DNA from: Candidatus Zambryskiibacteriota bacterium
Lineage (GTDB): Bacteria > Patescibacteriota > Minisyncoccia > Phycocordibacterales > DATDWN01
Direction of reading: 5' to 3'
DNA: 64,000 nucleotides
Assembly: GCA_003173855.1 (NCBI GenBank)
Contig: PPGI01000004.1
Location: forward strand, 176 to 64,175
In this document: positions 27,133 through 36,594 of the stretch, piece by piece
How the letters are laid out: each line of letters starts with the position of its first letter
Numbering within the stretch: position 1 is the first letter of the stretch
Position numbers and translations under genes: made by a program
The notes under the pieces: model-generated
Seen by the model: only the letters and a program-made list of their open reading frames with translations
Told to the model about the DNA's origin: nothing
Databases searched by the model: none

Positions 27133-28617
27133 ATGGAATTCGTTCCACTCTACTATGCCGAGCGTCTCCGGGTCGTGAATCCGACCGGAGATGTTGGAAT
27201 TGCAACACTATGGTCAAAAGTGGAGTCAGTTATCGAAGTTCTGGAAAGCTCTGGTGTGGATTTATCTCCAGAAACATCGAGAATTGTTGTAGTGGCTAAT
27301 CTGTACGGAAATGGTTTGCCACACATGCTCCGAAATCTTCTTCACAATCCACAGATTCACTACATTGTAATTTGCGGGAAAAACCTCTCTGGTTCGCGGG
27401 AGTGGCTCCTGAACTTCTTTGCGCACGGGCTTGAAGAAGTAATGTTTCTTGGAGCAAAGTCATTTCGGATCATTGGTACTGAAAGAATCATCGATGGCGA
27501 AGTCAGGCGGGAAGATTTTTCAAATCCTCCACAGATTTCTGTCTTTGGTGAAATTAGTTCCAACGAAACGAAAGTTGGTATCAAAACTTTTCTTGAAACT
27601 TTGCCTCCGAAAATTGGAGACGAAATTATAAGGATTGATCCGCCAGAAGTTCCGCAACCTGCTGTCACGCGTTTTCCATCGAATGCGTTTGGTCATCAGA
27701 TTTTGCGAGAGAGACCAACGGAAGCTTGGCGTGAGCTTATCTTCCGGCTCTATCGTTTTGGTCATCGTACCACTATTACAAAAAGTAGTGGCCCCGAGCA
27801 GCGCATCGAACTTCCAAATGTTCGTGTTGTTGTGGAAGATCCAAGTGAAGAGTCAAAAGAAATAGTTAGTTCGGCGGGGTTTAGCTTGGAAAGATTCCGT
27901 GATTATCAAAAACGGATTCTCGATCCCATAAAGCCTGCTGATCTCGATTACAGCTATGGCTCACTACTTCGTATGGGGCTCGATAAGAAGCCAATCGATT
28001 CGCTAGAAATCATTGCGGATCGAATGACTTCAAATCCTGACACACGAAGTGCCTTTGCAACTCTCTGGAATAACGCCATACACCTTCCGATGGGTCGTGA
28101 CCTTCCATGCTTCGTTACGTTTTTTTTCAGGCGATTCGAAGAAAAGCTCACGATGACTGCTACTTTCCGTGCACATAATGCGATGGATGCATGGCTCGAG
28201 AATTTTTACGGCCTTGCAGCTATTCAAAGATTTGTTACGGAAAGATCAGGTTTAGAACGTGGTCCCATAACGGTCATAAGTCATTCAATAAGCATTGACC
28301 CTAATGCTCTTTCTCGGGCCAAGAGTATTGTTGATGACAAAAAGACAGACGAGATTCTCGATAAATCAACTGGCAAATTGGGCCCTCGTTTTGATCCGAA
28401 CGGCGCCTTTACGGTGACTATCGATCGCTCGACACTTGAACTCGTTGTCGAGCATTCGTTTCAAGGCATGAAGCTTGGCGAATATCGCGGCAGGACAGTG
28501 GAGGAAATCGAACACCAACTCTCACGTGATGAGGTACTGTCCGTATTCTCACATGCACTTTACCTAGGACGAGAGCTTGCAAGAAAGGAGATGGAATTAA
28601 AAGTTCTAAAGAAATAA
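27133..28617 (+). CDS. Thymidylate synthase / dCMP-hydroxymethylase superfamily enzyme with a novel roughly 200-aa N-terminal extension
   Basis: C-terminal half aligns to ThyA: YSYGSLLR...IDSLEIIADRMTSNPDTRSAFATLWN ~ PVYGKQWR...[26 protein letters not shown]. Nucleophile Cys in PCF (ThyA PCH) at nt 28108-28110. GPITVISHSISI ~ GDFVWTGGDTHLY. Confidence 0.6.
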   Translation: MEFVPLYYAERLRVVNPTGDVGIATLWSKVESVIEVLESSGVDLSPETSRIVVVANLYGNGLPHMLRNLLHNPQIHYIVICGKNLSGSREWLLNFFAHGLEEVMFLGAKSFRIIGTERIIDGEVRREDFSNPPQISVFGEISSNETKVGIKTFLETLPPKIGDEIIRIDPPEVPQPAVTRFPSNAFGHQILRERPTEAWRELIFRLYRFGHRTTITKSSGPEQRIELPNVRVVVEDPSEESKEIVSSAGFSLERFRDYQKRILDPIKPADLDYSYGSLLRMGLDKKPIDSLEIIADRMTSNPDTRSAFATLWNNAIHLPMGRDLPCFVTFFFRRFEEKLTMTATFRAHNAMDAWLENFYGLAAIQRFVTERSGLERGPITVISHSISIDPNALSRAKSIVDDKKTDEILDKSTGKLGPRFDPNGAFTVTIDRSTLELVVEHSFQGMKLGEYRGRTVEEIEHQLSRDEVLSVFSHALYLGRELARKEMELKVLKK

Positions 28618-28620
28618 GAG

Positions 28621-28652
28621 AGCCCCGCTGCTAAGTCAGAGCGGGGCTTTTT
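28621..28652 (+). terminator. Strong GC-rich rho-independent terminator closing the island
   Basis: AGCCCCGCTG-CTAAGTCAG-AGCGGGGCT then TTTTGT. Confidence 0.7.
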
Positions 28653-28682
28653 GTAATTTGAGCTCAATGTTATCATTCCAAT

Positions 28683-29108
28683 ATGATTCTGAAGGTTAAA
28701 AAACTTCATTCAGATGCCATTTTGCCATCATATGCTCACCCAGGAGATGCCGGACTGGATATGTATTCAAATGAGACTGTGACAATTGAACCCGGGCAGG
28801 CACATAAGGTGAAAACTGGGATTGCATTCGAGATTCCAGACGGCTACGTGGGACTGATTTGGGATAAAAGTGGAGTAGCATTTAATCATAAATTAAAAAC
28901 TTTAAGCGGAGTGATAGATTCAGGATACAGAGGTGAAGCTATGCTTAGTCTCATAAATTTAAGCAATACACCTTGCACGATAGAAAAAGGTCATAAAGTC
29001 TCGCAAATGTTAATTCAAAAAGTGGAAACAGTTGAAGTGAAAGAGGTTAATGAATTATCAGAAACGAAACGTGGTGAAGGTGGTTTTGGAAGTACTGGAA
29101 GAAAATGA
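28683..29108 (+). CDS. dut: dUTP diphosphatase (dUTPase)
   Basis: AGLDM, GVIDSGYRGE, and C-terminal RGEGGFGSTG motifs. Confidence 0.85.
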   Translation: MILKVKKLHSDAILPSYAHPGDAGLDMYSNETVTIEPGQAHKVKTGIAFEIPDGYVGLIWDKSGVAFNHKLKTLSGVIDSGYRGEAMLSLINLSNTPCTIEKGHKVSQMLIQKVETVEVKEVNELSETKRGEGGFGSTGRK

Positions 29109-30727
29109 TGAGAGAAAAATTAGAAAATTTAATAAATACTGCGTTAAAAGAACTCAAATTAAATGAGTTTGTAAATACTCAGTTTGGAAAAATTTATAGT
29201 ATTGATTATCCAAAAAGAATGGATTTCGGGGATTATAGTACAAATGTTGGAATAATTATTGGAGGGTCGGGTCACCCAGAGGATATTTTGAAATGGCTTG
29301 ATGAGCATAAACCAGAAGAAGTTGAAAAAATTGAAACAAAAGCTGGTTTTATTAATTTTTTTCTTAGTCCAAATTATTTTGAAAATGTGTTAAAGAATTT
29401 AGAAATTCCAAAAAATTCTGACGAGAATTTATTTATTGAACACACTCAACCCAATCCATTTAAAGCTTTTCATATCGGTCATTTGATGAACAATGCAATA
29501 GGTGAATCAATTGCTCGAATCACAAAATCTCTTGGTGCTGAAGTTCAAACGGCAACTTATCATGGTGACAAAGGTTTGCATGTTGCTAAAGCTGTATGGG
29601 CAATAAAAAAAGGAAAGAATTTAAATGAAGCATATGCATTTGGAAACAAAGCATATGAAGAGGATCAAATTGCAAAAGAAGAAATAATTGAAATAAATAA
29701 AAAAATTTACGACGAAAGTGATCCGGAAATAAATCAAATTTATGAGGATGGAAGAAAAGAGTCACTCGAGCATTTTGAATCAATATACAAAATGCTTGGC
29801 AGCGAATTTGATTTCCATTTCTTTGAAAGTGAGACAGGAGAAGTTGGTAAAGAACTAGTCGAAGAAAATTTAGGTAAGGTTTTTGAAAAAAGTGAAGGAG
29901 CTGTAGTTTTTAAGGGAGAAAACTTTGAGCCTAAAACTCATACACGTGTTTTTCTAAACTCTGATGGACTTCCGACATATGAAGCTAAAGAACTTGGAAT
30001 TGCCAAACTAAAAAGTGATTTTTTTGATTTCGACAAGTCTATAACAATTACTGCAAACGAACAGGATTCATTTTTCAAAGTCGTTGAAGTAGTTATTGGT
30101 GAAGTAATGCCAGAACTCAAAGGCAAAATTATGCATCTATCTCATGGGCTTTTGAAATTACCAACTGGAAAAATGTCATCAAGAACCGGATCGATAATCT
30201 CTGTGGAGTCTTTAATTGATCAAGTTAAAGAAAAGGTAAAAGCTAAAATTGATGATGATAAAATCTCTGAGATTATTGCCCTAGGAGCAATTAAGTATTC
30301 GATTTTAAGACAAGGTATCGGTAAGGATATTATTTTTGATTTTGATAAATCGATTTCATTTGAAGGTGATTCTGGCCCATATTTACAATATTCAACAGTT
30401 CGAGCAAGATCGCTTTTAAAAAAGGCAGAAGGTGTTATTAAATTATCAAATAAACTTCCAGAAAGCTGGCAAACGACAAATTTGGAAAGAATGCTTGAGA
30501 GATTTCCATCAATCGTAGCTCGAGCAGGTTCAGAATTTGCTCCTCATTATGTTGCAACATATTTAATTCAGTTAGCATCCGAATTTAACCATTTCTACAA
30601 TGAACACAAAATAATTGATGAAAAAGATCCTAAATCTCCTTATCGTTTAACTTTGGTTAAAGCATTTTCTGAAGTGATGGAAATGGGACTTGATTTACTT
30701 GCTATAAAAATACCAGACAGAATGTAA
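29105..30727 (+). CDS. argS: Arginyl-tRNA synthetase
   Basis: HIGH motif (FHIGHLMNN), DALR anticodon-binding domain, and the characteristic C-terminal ...DRM. Confidence 0.8.
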   Translation: MMREKLENLINTALKELKLNEFVNTQFGKIYSIDYPKRMDFGDYSTNVGIIIGGSGHPEDILKWLDEHKPEEVEKIETKAGFINFFLSPNYFENVLKNLEIPKNSDENLFIEHTQPNPFKAFHIGHLMNNAIGESIARITKSLGAEVQTATYHGDKGLHVAKAVWAIKKGKNLNEAYAFGNKAYEEDQIAKEEIIEINKKIYDESDPEINQIYEDGRKESLEHFESIYKMLGSEFDFHFFESETGEVGKELVEENLGKVFEKSEGAVVFKGENFEPKTHTRVFLNSDGLPTYEAKELGIAKLKSDFFDFDKSITITANEQDSFFKVVEVVIGEVMPELKGKIMHLSHGLLKLPTGKMSSRTGSIISVESLIDQVKEKVKAKIDDDKISEIIALGAIKYSILRQGIGKDIIFDFDKSISFEGDSGPYLQYSTVRARSLLKKAEGVIKLSNKLPESWQTTNLERMLERFPSIVARAGSEFAPHYVATYLIQLASEFNHFYNEHKIIDEKDPKSPYRLTLVKAFSEVMEMGLDLLAIKIPDRM

Positions 30728-30751
30728 TAAAAATGCTAGTATGACCTCTAT

Positions 30752-33700
30752 ATGGAAAAAGGAGAAGATAAATCCTTAAAAAGTCCAATTGCTATAAAGG
30801 AGGAAGAAATACTAGCTTTCTGGAAAGAAAACAAAATTTTTGAGAAGTCGTTAGAGAAAAAATCGCCAAAAGGTGAGTTTGTATTTTACGATGGTCCAGC
30901 AACTGCAAATACAAAACCAGTTTTTCATACAATGGAACCTTTTGCTTTCAAGGATTTGATTCCACGCTACAGAACAATGCGAGGTTATCACGTTCGTAGA
31001 AAGGGTGGGTGGGACACTCATGGTTTGCCAGTTGAATTGCAGATTGAGAAAAAACTTGGATTTAAATCAAAAAAAGATATTGAAAATTTTGGTATCGCCG
31101 AATTTAACAGACTCTGTAAAGAAAGTGTCTGGGAATTTATCGGATTGTGGAAAGATTTCACTTCGAGAATGGCTTACTGGGCTGATCAAGACAATGCTTA
31201 CGTCACTTACGATAACGCATACATCGAATCTGTATGGAATGTAATTAAATATGTTAATGACAGAAATTTACTCTACAAGGATTACAAAGTTCTACCTTGG
31301 TGTCCAAGATGTGGAACCGCTCTTTCTTCTCATGAGCTTGCTCAAGGATATCAAGATGACAAAGATCTTTCAGTAACTGCAAAATTTAAAGTTGTTGGGG
31401 AAGAAAATACGTATTTACTTGCTTGGACAACGACTCCTTGGACTTTGCCTGGAAATGTTGCTCTAGCTGTAGGGGCCGATATTGATTACGTAAAAATAAA
31501 AAAAGGAGAGGAATTTTTAATTCTGGCTAAAGAAAGATTATCAATTGTTGAAGACGAATATAAGATAGTTGAAGAATTCAAAGGTGTGAAATTAGTCGGT
31601 TTAAAATACGAGCCACTTTACCACTATCTTGCAAATAAATTTGATAAAAAAGATCCGATTGCTTTCGAAAAATCTTATCAAATCTACGCTGCGCCTTTTG
31701 TAAACACTGAAGATGGAACAGGAATTGTTCATACGGCTGTAATGTATGGCCAGGATGATTTTGTCCTAGGGACATCTGTCGGTTTGCCGAAGCATCATTT
31801 GGTAAAAGATGATGGGCATTTTGGAGATGATATGGATTTTCTCTCAGGCAGGTTTGTTAAAGACGAAGAGGTGGCAGTAGATATTGTTAAAGATTTGGCC
31901 AAGAGAGGATTATTGTTTGATAAAAAATATTATACTCACTCGTACCCTCATTGTTGGAGATGCAAAACTCCGCTTATTTATTATGCGCGAGATTCTTGGT
32001 ACATCTCGATGTCAAAATTGCGTTCAGAACTTGTTCGTGAAAACGAAGAAATTCATTGGGAACCAGAACATATTAAAGAAGGCCGATTTGGTGAGTGGCT
32101 TCGTGAGATAAAGGATTGGGCGCTTTCTCGAGAGAGATATTGGGGAACACCTCTGCCTGTTTGGTTTGATGATGAAGGAAATTTTACAGTTCTGGGTTCA
32201 ATTGAAGATTTAAAAAAACACATAAAAACTTCGGGGAATAAATATTTTTTGATGCGACATGGTTGGGCACTTTGTAATGAAAAAAATGTAGAAAGTTTAA
32301 ATCCAGGAGAAGAAAATGATTCAATAACCGAAAAGGGAATTGCTGAAGCAAAAAAATCATTAGGAAAATTAAAAAATATAGATTTAATTGTTACATCCAA
32401 TTTTCGACGAGCAAAACAGACTGCAGAACTTGCTGCAGAATATTTTGGAATTCCAAAAAATGAAATTATCGTTGATGAGGGTTTGTGTGAAGATGAGGGC
32501 ACAATGGAGCATTTTGCTGGAGTTCGAAAAAGAATGGTTGAAGCTATGTCAGATCTAGAGAAAAAAAATTTAAATAAAAATATTCTAGTTATTTCTCATC
32601 AGTACCCGCTTAGAGTTTTGATTTCATCACATGAAGCATTTAACGAAAGAGAAGAAAAAGAAAAATTTGAAGTTACTCCATTTGATACCGGAGAAATTAG
32701 AGAAATTAATTTCTTGCCATTACCTCGAAATTCCAATTCCGAAGTAGATTTACACCGACCATACATCGATGAAGTCGAGTTAGTAGATAAAAATGGAAAG
32801 AAATTACAGCGTGTAAAAGAGGTGATGGATGTTTGGTTTGATTCAGGTTGTATGCCATTTGCCCAAGATCATTATCCGTGGAATAGAGATATACTTTATC
32901 CTGCAGATTTTATTTCGGAGGCTATCGATCAGACGCGAGGCTGGTTTTATACGTTGCATGCAATTGGAGTGTTAATGGAAAAAGGCAGAGCGTTTAAAAA
33001 TGTAATTTGTCTCGGACATATTCTTGATAAAGAGGGCAAAAAAATGTCGAAATCTGTCGGCAATGTTGTTGATCCTTGGACAGTTATAGATAAATTTGGT
33101 GTCGATGCATTGCGTCTCTGGATGTATTCAGTAAATTCTCCGGGAGATTCAAAAAACTTTGATGAGAAAAGTGTGGATGAATTAATAAAAAAAGTCTTCA
33201 ATCCATTAAACAATATCGTAGCATTTTACGAATTATATAAAGACGAGAACACAAAAACGACTAACAAAAGCAAAAATGTTTTAGATAAGTGGATACTATC
33301 GAGGTTCGCACAGTTAATTAAAAGTGGGACAGAAAACATGGATAATTTCAAAGTTTTTGAATCAGCACGCCCGATAAGAGATTTTGTAAATGATTTTTCA
33401 ACTTGGTATGTCAGACGATCACGAGATAGGTTTAAGTCTGATAATGTTGACGAAAAGAACGAAGCTCTTGGAACAACTTTGTTTGTACTAATGGAATTGG
33501 CAAAATACATGGCACCGTTCACACCATTTTTTGCTGAAGAAATTTATCAAAAACTTAAGACTTCAAATGATCCAGAAAGTGTTCATTTAGAGAATTGGCC
33601 AGAAGCACCAAAGTTAGACAATGGTTTGCTCGATCAAATGGAAAAAGCTAGAGTTGTTGTATCTCGAGCACTGGAACTTAGACAAAAAGCAGGTCACAAA

Positions 33701-34075
33701 ATTCGTCAGCCATTGCAAAGTCTTTCTATTCCAGAAAAATTTGATAGAGAAATGCTAGAAATTATTGCTGACGAAGTGAATGTAAAAGTAGTAAAAATTT
33801 CTGGGAATGAAGTTGTTCTTGATACGAATCTCACAGAAGAACTTAAAACCGAAGGAATAATGAGAGATGTTATTCGTTTTATTCAAGATTCAAGGAAAAC
33901 AAAAGGATTGCTCGCTACAAAAGTTGTCTCGGCAACGATTTTCCTCCCGAATTCGATAGCAGAAGTTGTATCTACATATAAAAGCGAAATTATAAAAATT
34001 ACTAATCTTTCTGAACTTCAAGTGGTAATAGATAAAAAAGAAGGTGAAGAATTGAATGTTGATTTTGTGTCATAA
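30752..34075 (+). CDS. ileS: Isoleucyl-tRNA synthetase (type 2) with an inserted histidine-phosphatase-like domain and a degenerate HIGH motif
   Basis: WDTHGLPVE, WCPRCGTALSSHE, WALSRERYWGTPLP, DLHRPYID, KMSKSVGN all IleRS-like. About 155-aa insert with RHG...TSNFRRAKQTA...VISHQ between WGTPLP and DLHRPYID. Confidence 0.8.
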   Translation: MEKGEDKSLKSPIAIKEEEILAFWKENKIFEKSLEKKSPKGEFVFYDGPATANTKPVFHTMEPFAFKDLIPRYRTMRGYHVRRKGGWDTHGLPVELQIEKKLGFKSKKDIENFGIAEFNRLCKESVWEFIGLWKDFTSRMAYWADQDNAYVTYDNAYIESVWNVIKYVNDRNLLYKDYKVLPWCPRCGTALSSHELAQGYQDDKDLSVTAKFKVVGEENTYLLAWTTTPWTLPGNVALAVGADIDYVKIKKGEEFLILAKERLSIVEDEYKIVEEFKGVKLVGLKYEPLYHYLANKFDKKDPIAFEKSYQIYAAPFVNTEDGTGIVHTAVMYGQDDFVLGTSVGLPKHHLVKDDGHFGDDMDFLSGRFVKDEEVAVDIVKDLAKRGLLFDKKYYTHSYPHCWRCKTPLIYYARDSWYISMSKLRSELVRENEEIHWEPEHIKEGRFGEWLREIKDWALSRERYWGTPLPVWFDDEGNFTVLGSIEDLKKHIKTSGNKYFLMRHGWALCNEKNVESLNPGEENDSITEKGIAEAKKSLGKLKNIDLIVTSNFRRAKQTAELAAEYFGIPKNEIIVDEGLCEDEGTMEHFAGVRKRMVEAMSDLEKKNLNKNILVISHQYPLRVLISSHEAFNEREEKEKFEVTPFDTGEIREINFLPLPRNSNSEVDLHRPYIDEVELVDKNGKKLQRVKEVMDVWFDSGCMPFAQDHYPWNRDILYPADFISEAIDQTRGWFYTLHAIGVLMEKGRAFKNVICLGHILDKEGKKMSKSVGNVVDPWTVIDKFGVDALRLWMYSVNSPGDSKNFDEKSVDELIKKVFNPLNNIVAFYELYKDENTKTTNKSKNVLDKWILSRFAQLIKSGTENMDNFKVFESARPIRDFVNDFSTWYVRRSRDRFKSDNVDEKNEALGTTLFVLMELAKYMAPFTPFFAEEIYQKLKTSNDPESVHLENWPEAPKLDNGLLDQMEKARVVVSRALELRQKAGHKIRQPLQSLSIPEKFDREMLEIIADEVNVKVVKISGNEVVLDTNLTEELKTEGIMRDVIRFIQDSRKTKGLLATKVVSATIFLPNSIAEVVSTYKSEIIKITNLSELQVVIDKKEGEELNVDFVS

Positions 34076-34659
34076 TGGCTTATAATATTTATACAACTGA
34101 TGCTATTGTCCTGAAGCACTTAACTTCAGGCGATGCTGATTTAACTTTGTTTGTCCTGACTCGTGATTTGGGATTAATAATTGCTTCAGCTAAATCAGCA
34201 AGATTAGATAAATCGAAATTAAAAGGAGCACTTCAAGAATATTCTTACGGAAGTATTTCTTTTGTTCGAGCGCAATCTATCTGGAAAGTAACAAACGCCA
34301 AAAGCGAAGGGAATTTTTATTTCCAAAATCAGAAATTTGGCCAGGAAATTTTAGCTAGGATTTCTAGAGTTTTAACTCAGACAATTGTGGGCGAGTCTCC
34401 TCACAAGGAAATCTTCGAAATAGTTTCAAGTGGATTTAGCATTCTAAAAGATATTGAAGAAAATGATATAGCTAATTTTGAAATCTTGATTGTTCTGCGA
34501 ATTTTGTTTGAACTCGGCTATGTGGCAAAAGAAAAAAATAATGAGATGTATTTTAAAGACCCAAATGATTGGGGAAAGGAAATTCTCGACAAAACGTCTA
34601 AACATAGGACTATGCTAGTCAACTTGATTAACACTGCTCTAAAAGAAAGCCAATTATAA
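34075..34659 (+). CDS. recO: DNA repair protein RecO-like (short form, no zinc domain)
   Basis: N-terminal OB-fold pattern AIVLK...GDADLTLFVLTRDLGLIIASAKSARLDKSKLKGALQ resembles RecO (KGARSKRSTLKGALQ). Confidence 0.55.
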   Translation: MAYNIYTTDAIVLKHLTSGDADLTLFVLTRDLGLIIASAKSARLDKSKLKGALQEYSYGSISFVRAQSIWKVTNAKSEGNFYFQNQKFGQEILARISRVLTQTIVGESPHKEIFEIVSSGFSILKDIEENDIANFEILIVLRILFELGYVAKEKNNEMYFKDPNDWGKEILDKTSKHRTMLVNLINTALKESQL

Positions 34660-34689
34660 AGTTTTAATGGTATAATAAAGACCTCTTAT

Positions 34690-36594
34690 ATGACTGATTT
34701 TGATAAAAGTCGAATTGAAAAGCTGAAACAAACCTTGTATTCGAGGAACGAAAACATTGTTCCGAAGGAAAAACGCACTCCTGTGGAGGGTCACAATGTT
34801 GATGCACCTACAAATTGGGGTGAACCAAAAACATTTGAGTTTAATCCAGAGACAATGGCTCGTAAGAATAATTCTTTTTTCAATAAATTTCTACTCTGGT
34901 CTGTAATTTTTTTTGTTATTGCAGTGGGTGCAGCTATTTTTAGTTTTATGGGTGGTTTTAATATGATTTCCTCAAACAACTTAGATATTAAGGTTGTTTC
35001 TCCAAGTTCGGTTTCTTCTGGTGAAGAATTGGATATGGGTTTAACTATTTTAAATGCGAATCGTACTGATCTTACAGATGTGAGTCTTGAAATTATTTAT
35101 CCAGAGGGGAGTCAATCTGTGGGGGACAACTCAAAACCGCTGACTCGTGAGACAGAAGATCTTGGTACCATAAAAGCTGGAGGTAGTGCAAATTATACTC
35201 TCCGAGCATTGCTTTTTGGTGAAAAAGATTCGATAAAAACATTTGATTTGCGTTTGGAATATAAAGTTAAAAATTCAAACGCAGTATTTTCAAAGGAAAA
35301 ATTCTACGATGTTTCTATTGGCTCTTCGCCGTTACTTTTAAATGTTACTTATCCTCAAGAAATAAATTCTGGCCAGGATGTTCAGCTTTCTGTTGATGTC
35401 ACGTCCAATTCACCCGTTGTTCTATCAAACACGCTGTTAAAAGTTGAGTATCCATACGGATTTACTTACAAATCATCAAATATCAGACCGTTGCGAAATA
35501 ATTCCGTGTGGAATATCGGTGATTTAAAAAATGGTGACAAAAAAACTTTGGTTATTACCGGAACTTTGGTCGGCCAAGATCAAGAAGACAGATCGTTTAG
35601 AGTTTCTGTCGGCACACCATCATCTCCAGGGGACAGTGATTTCAGTACAGCCTTATCAGAATTTTTGGCCACTGTTGGTATCAGAAAATCCTTCTTTAAT
35701 CTTGAACTTGTTCCGGCAAATGGCTCAAGTGTTACGGCTCCAGGCCAATCTGCAGGCATAGCTATCAAGTGGCAGAACACCCTTCCTGATAAAATAGAAT
35801 CGAGCCAAATTCAAGCAACAATTTTTGGCAATGGATTTGATCACAATCAAGTTTCTGTTGGAAACAGTGGATTTTATCGTTCAGTCGATAACACTGTTTT
35901 GTGGGACAAATCTCAGGACAAGGATTTAATCGAAATCTTGCCAGGTGATGCTGGATCGGTAAGCTTAACTCCCAGTGCACTAAACGAAGCTTCAATTCGG
36001 CAAGTTCGCAATCCGCACATCGATGTTCATGTTGTGATGTCTGGCTCAAGATCCGGAACGCAATCTGGTCCTGTTCAATCAACAGCAGATATCAGCATTA
36101 AAGTAGCATCGACACTGACTTTGGCAGCAAAATCATTTAGAAATAATGGAACATTTTCTAACACTGGACCAATTCCTCCGCGAGCTGACCAAGAAACGAC
36201 CTATACAGTAAATTGGCTTCTAACTAACACCACAAACGATATTTCCAATACAACGGTTTCTGCAACTTTGCCACCGGGAGTTTCTTGGAAAGGGCAAACT
36301 AGTCCATCGGGAGAAAAAATTAATTATAATCCAGATTCTCACGTAGTTACTTGGAATGCTTCAAATGTCTCGGCTGGAACAGGATTTAATTATTCACCAC
36401 GGCAAGTTTCTTTCCAAGTTGGCATTACTCCAAGCGTTAATCAAATAAATACAGTTCCGCCGCTAACATCAAGCATTCAAGTTTCGGGTACAGATAGTTG
36501 GACAAATACGCCAGTAGCCCTTACTTTACCAGCGGTTACTACTCAATATAGTGATCCGGGATCGGGAGCTGCTCAAGCAACAGTTGTAAAGTAG
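34690..36594 (+). CDS. Large type-II membrane / surface protein, beta-rich, unknown function
   Basis: About 70-aa cytoplasmic N-terminus, one TM, then about 540 aa S/T/N-rich predicted beta domains. Confidence 0.45.
   Translation: MTDFDKSRIEKLKQTLYSRNENIVPKEKRTPVEGHNVDAPTNWGEPKTFEFNPETMARKNNSFFNKFLLWSVIFFVIAVGAAIFSFMGGFNMISSNNLDIKVVSPSSVSSGEELDMGLTILNANRTDLTDVSLEIIYPEGSQSVGDNSKPLTRETEDLGTIKAGGSANYTLRALLFGEKDSIKTFDLRLEYKVKNSNAVFSKEKFYDVSIGSSPLLLNVTYPQEINSGQDVQLSVDVTSNSPVVLSNTLLKVEYPYGFTYKSSNIRPLRNNSVWNIGDLKNGDKKTLVITGTLVGQDQEDRSFRVSVGTPSSPGDSDFSTALSEFLATVGIRKSFFNLELVPANGSSVTAPGQSAGIAIKWQNTLPDKIESSQIQATIFGNGFDHNQVSVGNSGFYRSVDNTVLWDKSQDKDLIEILPGDAGSVSLTPSALNEASIRQVRNPHIDVHVVMSGSRSGTQSGPVQSTADISIKVASTLTLAAKSFRNNGTFSNTGPIPPRADQETTYTVNWLLTNTTNDISNTTVSATLPPGVSWKGQTSPSGEKINYNPDSHVVTWNASNVSAGTGFNYSPRQVSFQVGITPSVNQINTVPPLTSSIQVSGTDSWTNTPVALTLPAVTTQYSDPGSGAAQATVVK

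Noticed and set aside
32235-32750. Intein in IleRS
   Set aside because: There is no N-terminal Cys/Ser splice junction, no HN C-terminal motif and no endonuclease blocks. The motifs are instead those of histidine phosphatases.
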